Source of the DNA: a virus
Taxonomy: Duplodnaviria > Caudoviricetes
IMG/VR virus record: IMGVR_UViG_3300029955_000001
DNA: 64,000 nucleotides
Strand: one strand, 5' to 3'
Shown here one piece after another: positions 10,343 through 18,257 of the stretch (positions within the stretch are counted from its first letter, which is position 1; each line of letters starts with the position of its first letter). Below the pieces are notes generated by a model. That model ran no database searches, was not told where the DNA came from, and worked only from the letters and a program-made list of their open reading frames with translations. The translations under genes were made by a program, and so were the position numbers.

Positions 10343-10365
10343 AATGCAGAAAGTGCTTGGCGTGA

Positions 10366-11265
10366 TTATCCTATTTTAGAATTACTTCCAGATTTATATT
10401 TAATCGTTATTGCGAAGTTACCAGTATCATTCAATCTTACACCCCAATTACTGTACATGTGCGGGCAGTAGACATTACGCTTGTTAATAATTGTTTCAAA
10501 ACCTCGTACGCCACGTATTTCCACTCTAGTAGTTACTGGATCATATTCAATTGTTCTATACAGCGTTGTTGGTGAAGTTCCTTCTGGACACGCATGACCG
10601 TGAGGTAAAATATGCTTTAACAAAAACATACCTGACGGTAGCGTAATTTTACTAGTAGCTAATGCAAGTTCAGAAATATCTAGTTTTGTTATATCTTCTT
10701 TAGATGGCTGTTTATGCATAGCCCAGGCCACTCCATCAAAATCGAAATCATTACTTTCTTTATTATCTTTACTGACACAAAGTGCAGATTTCTTAAGAAG
10801 TTCCAGTGTCATCTCTGGATTTTCATTAGCAGTCATTGGATCGATGGCGTGTGCTACCTTACAACGAGGCTTGAAGTTTCCATCCCCATCTGCGTAAAAC
10901 CCAACCATCCTACTAGATCCCCAACTAGCCAATTTATTCCAATGATCAAACATGGCTTCTAATGCGATTCCTTGCGCTGGGGTTACGTCAAAGTACGCAG
11001 TCATTTGGTAACGTTCTTTACTCTTTCTGATCGGAGTATGTGTTTCACTCAGCGATATTTGCGTAGTAAAGAATTTACTATCAAATGTCTTTACAATCTC
11101 AGCATAATTAGCAATCGTTTCTGGACGTTCTTCTGGATCGACTAATCGAATATCGTGAAAACCAGCTTCTTTCAGAGCTTTTTGAATAACTGCTAAAATA
11201 ACAGTTTTACCAGTGTTAGCTTTACCCGATATGTTAATCGAGATTTGATCTTTTTCAGTGTTCAT
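10366..11265 (-). CDS. hypothetical protein with N-terminal P-loop-like motif
   Basis: ISGKANTGKT resembles Walker A. Confidence 0.65.
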   Translation of the reverse strand: MNTEKDQISINISGKANTGKTVILAVIQKALKEAGFHDIRLVDPEERPETIANYAEIVKTFDSKFFTTQISLSETHTPIRKSKERYQMTAYFDVTPAQGIALEAMFDHWNKLASWGSSRMVGFYADGDGNFKPRCKVAHAIDPMTANENPEMTLELLKKSALCVSKDNKESNDFDFDGVAWAMHKQPSKEDITKLDISELALATSKITLPSGMFLLKHILPHGHACPEGTSPTTLYRTIEYDPVTTRVEIRGVRGFETIINKRNVYCPHMYSNWGVRLNDTGNFAITIKYKSGSNSKIG

Positions 11266-11292
11266 TATAATTTCCTTTGTTCTAAGAATTTA

Positions 11293-11964
11293 TTATGCTA
11301 AGCCGTGTTTAGTAACCCACTCTGCTACAAGTGGGATGTTCGTAAAGCTTATTTCTTTGGCTAATACTTTCGCTTCTTCAATCTTGTTATTTTGCAAAAG
11401 TATACCAAGGTCACGTACTTCTGAAACACCTTGTCCATTATTATAGGACGCTTGTAACAAATACAATTCTTGCCACAGTGTTGAGAAATTATAAGTACCG
11501 GTGTGTTTAATTGAAAACCTAATAGGATACGCTCGCATAGCAGCCGATCCAATTGAGAGAGGCAGTATGTCGATATTCAAATCGAAATCTTCTCGCATCT
11601 TTTCAAAACTACCAAAAACAAAAAATTCTAACGACGCCATCAATGATGACAATACGAATCCATTACTTGGACGATAGCCGCGCGTTGTTAACTCCTGAAT
11701 AACACGCCCAGCCGATGCGTATGAATAAAATTTCTCAGCCATACTAGCATTCTCTGTCCAACATCCATTTGGTTCATCTGGGTTTTGGCGAATATGTATA
11801 TCTCGATAAAAATAACTCGGAACACGTAAATGTTTCGAATTAACTCGAATAATAACACCAGCAAAGTCAGATGTAATTTGTTGATCTGGAATTATGTCAA
11901 GACGATCTCTTGATTTTGTTATGACTTCCCAACCTGATATTTCTTTACCTCTATAATAGTACAT
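11293..11964 (-). CDS. hypothetical protein
   Basis: 223-aa ORF with AAGGA RBS. Confidence 0.7.
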   Translation of the reverse strand: MYYYRGKEISGWEVITKSRDRLDIIPDQQITSDFAGVIIRVNSKHLRVPSYFYRDIHIRQNPDEPNGCWTENASMAEKFYSYASAGRVIQELTTRGYRPSNGFVLSSLMASLEFFVFGSFEKMREDFDLNIDILPLSIGSAAMRAYPIRFSIKHTGTYNFSTLWQELYLLQASYNNGQGVSEVRDLGILLQNNKIEEAKVLAKEISFTNIPLVAEWVTKHGLA

Positions 11965-12013
11965 TTCTTATCCTTTATCTACACAAACAATTAACGTGTT
12001 CTATATTTTTTTA

Positions 12014-12300
12014 TTATTCTGGCATAGTGTCTATTTTATACCCCATGAATTCTGCGTATTCACGTATCGTTGATACAAATAACTTAATGTCGATTTTATC
12101 TCCATTTATTGGCCATCTAGTGGCAGCGAAGAAGTTAGCCACGATAAAACTTACAGCTTCATCACTCCCCGTGTCATTTGCCCCCCCCCCCACATTCCTA
12201 TCCAAAGATAGTCTTGTGGGTAGAGCTGAAGTATCTTAGAAAGCTGTTGTTCGGTAAGAATGATACCACTAATCTCTTTGATCTTATCTTTGACCCAGTT
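12014..12300 (-). pseudogene. hypothetical gene frameshifted at a G11 run (probable assembly error)
   Basis: upstream frame ...WIGMWG joins the ANDTGSDE frame only if the G run at 12181-12191 has 6, 9 or 12 bases; 5' boundary approximate. Confidence 0.45.
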
Positions 12301-12460
12301 GAACGTATCGTACGTTTGATGCATACCAACAATTTATAGTAATTTCATCATACGTTCTTTATGCATCTTCATGACCGTATTACAGTTGTCACTTGCAAAA
12401 CGCTTCGGATCACTTACAAGATATTTAGGTTCTATGATCAACATGCTATTTTCCTTTATT

Positions 12461-12847
12461 TTATTTAATCACAATGAAACGAAAATTATTGGAACACTTC
12501 TTAGGATCTTCGGTTTCACCAAACCAACGTAGTACCCAATAATTGTTACTTGAGTCTTCAAACGTTATTTCAGCTTTCCACATCTTGCCAGGATAAACAC
12601 CACTTGGTAATGAAGTGGAATATGTTTTTAGTTGACGAAATGTTTCTTGATTCATGATAGCGTTCTTATCATCTATCACAATGTCTTTCGAATCAGGCTG
12701 TTCCCAATATTGCCCCATTGGATCTGTGACTGGCGGAATAATATTTGGATCTTTCTTACCAAATATCTTATCCCAGCCATCTCGATATTTATTCGATGGT
12801 TCTCTTGAAACAATCGTATCACCTGTGATATCATTTTTACTTGCCAT
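12461..12847 (-). CDS. hypothetical protein
   Basis: 128-aa ORF with AAGGAG RBS. Confidence 0.7.
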   Translation of the reverse strand: MASKNDITGDTIVSREPSNKYRDGWDKIFGKKDPNIIPPVTDPMGQYWEQPDSKDIVIDDKNAIMNQETFRQLKTYSTSLPSGVYPGKMWKAEITFEDSSNNYWVLRWFGETEDPKKCSNNFRFIVIK

Positions 12848-12915
12848 TATTACTCCTTAGGAAATAAACTGGAACTTACGAACAACCCTGATAGATTTAA
12901 AGCGTTGATATTAAT

Positions 12916-13212
12916 TCATGCCTCGTATATAAAAATACAAATTTGTAGTTTTACGTGAAAAATACACTGCCATAAATCACCGTCACTATTGCCGCTGTCA
13001 ATAATGATTAAGTTATTGAAATTTTCTTTAATCTCTTTATAAGAAATTAAACTAGGATCATTACCGTTTTCTATTTTTTCAATTCTTTGCTGATTAATTG
13101 GAATTCTTTGGTAAGCGTAAACTCCACCAAGTGCATCTTCATCAAACGCTCTAGTAAGGTAATTATAAAACATTGATATTGCTGCGTCGCCGTATTCAAT
13201 TGTTGTTGCCAT
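12916..13212 (-). CDS. hypothetical protein
   Basis: 98-aa ORF. Confidence 0.6.
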   Translation of the reverse strand: MATTIEYGDAAISMFYNYLTRAFDEDALGGVYAYQRIPINQQRIEKIENGNDPSLISYKEIKENFNNLIIIDSGNSDGDLWQCIFHVKLQICIFIYEA

Positions 13213-13214
13213 TT

Positions 13215-13409
13215 CTATTTTCCTTTTTTCTCTTTGTAAATACCAAATGTTCGTAGATCTTGTTTAGCAATTTTTCGATCTTCTAGTATTACGTGTGTTG
13301 ATGTAGTTTCAATAAATTTACTGATAATAATTTCATCACTACTATAAAGCGTAACGCGTACGCGTTTTCCACGTTTACAACTAGTGTGGGAAGTTTTATG
13401 TTTTAACAT
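13215..13409 (-). CDS. hypothetical basic protein
   Basis: 64-aa ORF with AAGGAG RBS; first gene downstream of the dual-repeat array. Confidence 0.65.
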   Translation of the reverse strand: MLKHKTSHTSCKRGKRVRVTLYSSDEIIISKFIETTSTHVILEDRKIAKQDLRTFGIYKEKKGK

Positions 13410-13550
13410 TATTCTCCTTTATGATTATTAGTAAATTTATGGATGAGGAATGCTCTACCCTCACTCCTCTCCAATTGATACACTATGTTAAACTGTTGAG
13501 AGTCCGGTATCCTTAGGTCTCAACTTTTACTACTTGTCACTTCATATCGT

Positions 13551-15485
13551 TGGTTTACTATCTTTAACTGATTCACTTTTAACTCATGGTTTACTTTACC
13601 AGATTGATTCACTTCACTCCCTTGGTTTACTAAGACGAATTGATTCACTTATTGCTATTGGTTTTATTCGTGGTTCTGATACACTTAAACACATTGGTTT
13701 ACTAAACCTATTTGATTCACTACCCCGCTACGATACACTTGTTGGGTTTGGTTTACTATCTTGATTTGATGCACTAATTGGATCTGGTTTGCTTACGTTC
13801 ATTGACACGCTAATTAATTCTGGTTTACTAGTTCGTAATGACACACTTCGCCAGCTTGGTTTACTACACGTTAATGATACACTACGATGGCTTGGGTTTA
13901 TTTGCATTTCTGATACACTAGAGCACAACGGATTACTTTTATTGATTGATTCACTAACAACCATTGGTTTACTGTTAAGCTTTGATTCACTAATTAATAT
14001 TGGTTTACTGCCTTTCATTGATTCACTGCGGTGGGTTGGTTTACTGTCGAACGTTGATACACTATGCTTCCATGGTTTACTATACATTACTGATAAACTT
14101 ACAGGAGATGGTTTACTTATTTAGTTCGATACACTGGATACCAATGGTTTACTGTTGATTGGCGATACACTAATACCTGTTGGTTTACTTCTGTTTTATG
14201 ATTCAATCGTCGGGCTTGGTTTACTATCGTGTAATGATACACTTTTGACTAATGGTTTGCTAAATCAACTTGATACACTAACCCGCTATGGTTTACTGTT
14301 GATTGGTGACGCACTTCAGTATGTTGGTTTACTAACGGTCATTGATTCACTTTTAACTCATGGACTACTTGCGCATGCCGATACACTTCGTTACATTGAG
14401 TTACTAAAAATATGTGATACAATAAACTCCAATGGATTACTTCCCCATTTTGATACACTTTGCTGACTTGGTTTACTATGTTTCAACGATTAACTAGGTC
14501 TATCTGGTTTACTGTTTTTCACTGATGCGTTACGTAGCTTGGTTTACTTTCCTATTCTGACTCACTGTGCTCCTATGGATTACTTACACATGCTGATTCA
14601 CTACAGGTTAGTGGTTTACTTTGGCTGATTGATACACTAACGTATTATGGTTTACTTAACACCGCTGATACACTTAAACAGATTGGTTTACTTTGCCTTC
14701 TTGATTCAGTTGTTGAGTTTGGTTTACTAACGAATTTTGATTCACTTCAGTCGCATGGTTTACTGCCAGGCTTTGATACACTACGCTGCAATGGTTTACT
14801 TATGTCCCTTGACACACTGTTGCTTCTTGGATTACTTTATACCCGTTGATACACTGGTCTTAACTGGTTTACTCTGGTTCATTGATACACTTACTGTCTT
14901 CGGTTTACTATAACCTTCTGATACACTGTTATAAAACGAGTTAATTATCATCATTGATACTTTAGGTCATTTTGGTTTACTTTTGTTGTTTGATTCGCTA
15001 CTGTCTTCTGGTTTACTTTCTAGTTATGGCACACTAACTACCCATGAGTTACTGAAATTAATTGATACACTATTTCTTCTTGGTTTACTTCTTCGTTGTG
15101 ATACATTGACTTCCCGTGAGTTACTGACCGGAATTGATACACTAGTTCGACTTGGTTTACTGGATAACATTGATACACTTAAGAAGATTGGATTACTATT
15201 GGAATATGATTCACTAGAACTTTATGGTTTACTTGAACGCATTGATACACTACGATGCAGCGGTTTACATGTTTTTGTTGATACACTAATACCTGTTGGT
15301 TTACTACTTAATGTTGACACACTAACATCCCTTGAGTTACTCGTGCACGATGATACACTTAATATTCGTGGTTTACTGATTCATTCCGATTCACTATACA
15401 ACACTGGTTTACTTGTGCACCTTGATACACTACGCTCCTATGGTTTACTATCAAGTATTGATACACTAGTATCTTTTGGTTTACT
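13551..15485 (-). repeat. TIGR-like dual-repeat array: 108 alternating 9-nt repeats and 107 variable ~9-nt spacers (36-nt unit)
   Basis: plus strand TGGTTTACT-N9-TGAT(A/T)CACT-N9 (minus strand AGTAAACCA-N9-AGTG(T/A)ATCA-N9); 1935 bp = 107x18+9; stop codons and indels in every repeat-register frame. Confidence 0.9.
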
Positions 15486-15544
15486 AAGACACTACGACGT
15501 AAAAAGGAGCATAACTCCTAAGTAGTATTTAAATTCATTAGCTA

Positions 15545-15581
15545 CTCACTTAAGTGATATATGACTATATTTGTTTTGAAT
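15545..15581 (-). promoter_or_regulatory. promoter-like motif directly upstream of the dual-repeat array
   Basis: CTCAC-TTAAGT-GATATATGACT-ATATTTGTTTTGAAT aligns gaplessly with CTCAC-TATAAG-GATATATGTCT-AAAATTTTTTGGAAT at 24324-24360. Confidence 0.65.
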
Positions 15582-15582
15582 A

Positions 15583-15631
15583 TAAAAAAAAAATAGGGCA
15601 TAAATAGATGGATTATTTCTAATCCATCTAT
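15583..15631 (-). terminator. intrinsic terminator
   Basis: ATAGATGGATTA/TAATCCATCTAT hairpin with a nearby A-run (U-tract on minus); separates the tRNA/Y-RNA transcript from the array. Confidence 0.5.
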
Positions 15632-16011
15632 TCAATATTTCGATGAAACGAATGTTATTAAACTAGTGTATTAGTCACCAGCCGGAGATTCCAACATCCA
15701 ACAAACCTCCTCTTTTACTGCTTCGTTTTTAATGTATTCAATTCCGGCATTCTAATTGGAAACCAATCAGACAAAAGTGGAGTTGAAATTTCAGTAAACT
15801 AATGTCTACCTAGATTTTATTTAATCTCATCCCATGTAGCAGGAGTCTTGATCACAGTTAAAATCAGACTGTTTAAAACATAGTTGGGTCATGGAGACTG
15901 ACCAACATCACGCGTAATCCCCTGAGGCTTATTCCCCTCACAAGTAATCTCCCAGCCTATTTCTAAGCTTAGCGTCATCATTGGCTGACACAATTATCTA
16001 CTACCAATTAA

Positions 16012-16089
16012 TGGTGCTCACTGTCTGACTCGAACAGACGACCTCCGCATTACAAGTGCGGCGCTACTAGCCAACTGAGCTAAGCGAGC
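16012..16089 (-). tRNA. tRNA-Thr(UGU)
   Basis: cloverleaf: GCTCGCT/AGTGAGC acceptor, CCGCA-CTTGTAA-TGCGG anticodon arm, TTCGAGT T-loop, encoded CCA. Confidence 0.92.
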
Positions 16090-16106
16090 AATACAACGAA
16101 TACAAT

Positions 16107-16270
16107 TTGAACACAATACGACAAGATTGACAAGATAGCGAGATTGCTCCCAGCGCTCTATCCAGCTGAGCTACCTAAATCTCATTTCTGAAATATAGAG
16201 TAGGAATCGAACCTACGACCTCTTCATTAACAGTGTATGTAATCTTTATCTGCATTCGTAAAGCATTCAA
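16107..16270 (-). ncRNA. Y-RNA-like unit 13 (permuted tRNA cargo: T-arm, closed acceptor, D-arm)
   Basis: CGAAUGCAG...UUACA 5' arm and CUUGUC 3' arm; cargo GUAGGUUCGAUUCCUAC then UAGCUCAGCUGGAUAGAGC. Confidence 0.8.
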
Positions 16271-16277
16271 AACTCTG

Positions 16278-16400
16278 ACCTGACAAAATTAATAAGATAT
16301 TTTATAAACTCTTTCGAGTCTATTCCTTGGATTTGAACCAAGTAACTACAGGATTATTCATCCCTCGTATTTGCCCATGTAATATTATTGGCATTCAGGT
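16278..16400 (-). ncRNA. Y-RNA-like unit 12 (T-arm cargo)
   Basis: UGAAUGCC...UUACA / UUUGUC, closing stem CCUGA/UCAGG; CUUGGUUCAAAUCCAAG T-arm. Confidence 0.7.
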
Positions 16401-16414
16401 GTAAACTTTAAAAA

Positions 16415-16515
16415 CTATTGGTGACAAGTGTTGTTAAGAAACGGTACTGCTGGGCGAAGAAAGGGAGTCGAAACTCCCGCATCTCTGCGATGTAATCTTA
16501 ACTGCATTCACCGTA
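16415..16515 (-). ncRNA. Y-RNA-like unit 11
   Basis: UGAAUGCAG...UUACA / CACUUGUC, closing stem GGUGA/UCACC; GGGAG-UUUCGA-CUCCC hairpin. Confidence 0.72.
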
Positions 16516-16523
16516 AACTCGAT

Positions 16524-16653
16524 TGATCACTTCATGACAATTGTTGATGAAATTTCAGCAGTTTCCTGCTCCGCTGGTCATTGCTAGGAACTCTAACCTA
16601 ACTACCTCTCACGGCTTTTCAATGTAATTCCATCTGCATTCATGTTGTAATCA
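16524..16653 (-). ncRNA. Y-RNA-like unit 10
   Basis: UGAAUGCAG...UUACA / AUUGUC, closing stem CAUGA/UCAUG. Confidence 0.7.
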
Positions 16654-16660
16654 AAACCTT

Positions 16661-16735
16661 TGGCAGACCGTATGGGTTTCGATCCCATCTAACCACCTTG
16701 AAAGGGTGATGACCTCACCAGAAGTCGAACGGTCC
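16661..16735 (-). tRNA. tRNA-Glu(UUC), embedded in the Y-RNA array
   Basis: GGACCGT/ACGGTCT acceptor, TCACC-CTTTCAA-GGTGG anticodon arm, atypical T-loop ATCGAAA, encoded CCA. Confidence 0.88.
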
Positions 16736-16744
16736 ATAAAACAC

Positions 16745-16846
16745 TTTCCGACAAGTTAAGTAAAGATAGCCTTTCGGCATGGCGAAATATCAGATGTTTC
16801 CATCCAATAGCTTGGCTCGCAATGTAATCCTTACAGCATTCGGAAT
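16745..16846 (-). ncRNA. Y-RNA-like unit 9
   Basis: CGAAUGCUG...UUACA / ACUUGUC, closing stem UUCCGA/UCGGAA. Confidence 0.72.
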
Positions 16847-16855
16847 AAAACTTTA

Positions 16856-16930
16856 GAGTACTGAATGACAAAATCAATATTGACGTAAATATTCGTAATA
16901 TGTAATCAATACAGCATTCAGTCAGCACTC
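16856..16930 (-). ncRNA. Y-RNA-like unit 8 (minimal, 75 nt)
   Basis: UGAAUGCUG...UUACA / UUUGUC, closing stem GAGUGCUGA/UCAGUACUC. Confidence 0.7.
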
Positions 16931-16939
16931 GTAACTTGA

Positions 16940-17089
16940 TTGAGTCGTAACGACAAGAATTAATAAATCAAGGGTTTCCCCTAGCTAGCGTTCTAACCAA
17001 CTGAACTACAACTCTTTTCAGAATTGACTGGAATCGAACCAGCGACCTCTTGCCTGACTGTAGATTTATCAGCATTCATTACAACTCAA
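16940..17089 (-). ncRNA. Y-RNA-like unit 7 (YrlA-type permuted tRNA cargo)
   Basis: 14-bp closing stem UUGAGUUGUAAUGA/UCGUUACGACUCAA; T-arm GCUGGUUCGAUUCCAGU, acceptor CAAUUCU-GAAA-AGAGUUG, D-arm UAGUUCAGUUGGUUAGAAC. Confidence 0.85.
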
Positions 17090-17141
17090 AACCGGTATCC
17101 GCACATTAGTGATATGTACAATTGAAACTTTAATTAAATCA

Positions 17142-17290
17142 GATGTTTCGTAACAAGTAATAAGTAAAACATGATTGTAGACCTGAGGGAGTGAGCCTCA
17201 GTGCGTTGCCGTCACGCTGTCCCTCACTTACGAGAGGTATGGGGTCGAACCATATCACTTATGTAGTTTTACTCGCATTTACAAACCATC
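17142..17290 (-). ncRNA. Y-RNA-like unit 6 (permuted tRNA cargo plus extra hairpin)
   Basis: AAAUGCGAG...CUACA / ACUUGUU; T-arm UAUGG-UUCGACC-CCAUA, closed acceptor, D-like arm, CUGAGG-CUCACUC-CCUCAG. Confidence 0.75.
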
Positions 17291-17302
17291 CAAATCTTTG
17301 CA

Positions 17303-17453
17303 TGAAACAATTACCAAGCAGACTATGACAAGGGATAGCTAAGAAGTGTCCTTTCGAACTTTTCCCCCATAAGGTATCTATAAGTAACAGAAATAACTTA
17401 TGGGGGAAAATGTAATCCTAACTGCATTCGCAGAAAGCTTGGTAATTGTTTCA
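17303..17453 (-). ncRNA. Y-RNA-like unit 5 (long-hairpin cargo)
   Basis: 17-bp perfect closing repeat TGAAACAATTACCAAGC; CGAAUGCAG...UUACA / CUUGUC; internal 14-bp UUUUCCCCCAUAAG hairpin. Confidence 0.78.
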
Positions 17454-17459
17454 AACTAT

Positions 17460-17614
17460 TTTTGAGTTATTCGACAAGTGGGAATGAATTAACGCGGTTA
17501 CCCGCCAGCTGTCCTATAATTAGACGAGATCCTCATGGGATTACAAGATTAGCCGAAGCACGCTTGTATTCGCTGATTGAAAGTGTAAATTCATCTGCAT
17601 TCGAAATACTCAAA
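17460..17614 (-). ncRNA. Y-RNA-like unit 4
   Basis: CGAAUGCAG...UUUACA / CACUUGUCG, closing stem UUUUGAGU/ACUCAAAA. Confidence 0.75.
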
Positions 17615-17781
17615 ACTTTTACTACTACATAGGTTGATCACAACCGACTTTACGGATATTACTTCTACACCAACAAGCACCGCTTTTAAACGGGATGTAA
17701 TTGAGGTTAGGTACAGGTATTAACTGCAAACCCTTCCTACGAATTTTACGTGACCACAACTCTTTACTACTACAATTTAAA

Positions 17782-17933
17782 TAAGTGCGTATAACAAGTG
17801 TATTAACAAAACATAACAAGACTGAAGTTTCCTCCAGCGCGTCTACCAGTTTCGCCACATCCCTGTAAACAGGAACGATAGGATTCGAACCTATACCCTA
17901 AATGTAGTTTTGTCTGCATTTACACAACACTTA
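17782..17933 (-). ncRNA. Y-RNA-like unit 3 (YrlA-type permuted tRNA cargo)
   Basis: AAAUGCAG...CUACA / CACUUGUU; T-arm AUAGGUUCGAAUCCUAU, acceptor CGUUCCUG-UUUA-CAGGGAUG, D-arm UGGCGAAACUGGUAGACGC. Confidence 0.8.
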
Positions 17934-17940
17934 AACTTGA

Positions 17941-18098
17941 TTGAAAGCGTTATAACAAGTATCAACAAAAAACAATACTAATGCTTTATCAGAGGGATTT
18001 GAACCCCATCTTTTTACCTTATGGCAAAACGCTTTTACCGGACATAAGCTATGAACCACAAAAGAACTAATCTTCATTTGCATTTATAACGCTTTCAA
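17941..18098 (-). ncRNA. Y-RNA-like unit 2 (tRNA cargo in normal D-anticodon-T order)
   Basis: 15-bp perfect closing repeat TTGAAAGCGTTATAA; AAAUGCA / ACUUGUU; D-like arm, hairpin, GGGG-UUCAAAU-CCC. Confidence 0.75.
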
Positions 18099-18105
18099 AA
18101 ACATT

Positions 18106-18190
18106 ATATTTAAACACATTATGACAAGTGTATCGCTGATATCCAGTTAGTGTATGTAATCAGTGAAGCATTCGTAACATGTTTAAATAT
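18106..18190 (-). ncRNA. Y-RNA-like unit 1 (minimal, 85 nt)
   Basis: 16-bp closing stem whose two mismatches are G-U pairs only on the minus strand; CGAAUGC...UUACA / CACUUGUC. Confidence 0.8.
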
Positions 18191-18224
18191 ATTGTCTCAA
18201 ATGATAGGTTAACACGGTAAATTT

Positions 18225-18251
18225 TCACTCCTAGTGTTAGTAGGAGTGAAT
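18225..18251. terminator. hairpin immediately after the Ro60 stop codon
   Basis: TTCACTCCTA-GTGTTAG-TAGGAGTGAA. Confidence 0.5.
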
Positions 18252-18257
18252 TTCTAC

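Noticed and set aside
13728-14087. Minus-strand SKP/SVS repeat ORF
   Set aside because: The same frame is interrupted by TAA, TAG and TGA throughout the rest of the array, so no stop-codon reassignment rescues it.
13551-15485. CRISPR array interpretation
   Set aside because: Repeats and spacers are only 9 nt, two repeat types alternate, and no cas genes are present.
13534-15525. Plus-strand GLLxxxD(T/S)L leucine-rich-repeat-like ORFs (13534, 13789, 14155, 14983)
   Set aside because: Antisense to every other gene, no RBS, at least six in-register stops and two indels, and the base before each repeat is fixed as T even in variable codons. Best explained as a by-product of the nucleotide repeat, although a decayed repeat protein cannot be fully excluded.
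17615-17775. Possible 14th Y-like unit
   Set aside because: It has ACAAG and TGTAAT fragments but no GCATT motif at the expected spacing and no convincing closing stem.
18121-18160. AUACACU segments in Y-like units complementary to the array repeat AGUGUAU
   Set aside because: Only 7-9 nt in AT-rich sequence, so it is likely chance; worth testing only if the array RNA co-purifies with Ro60.
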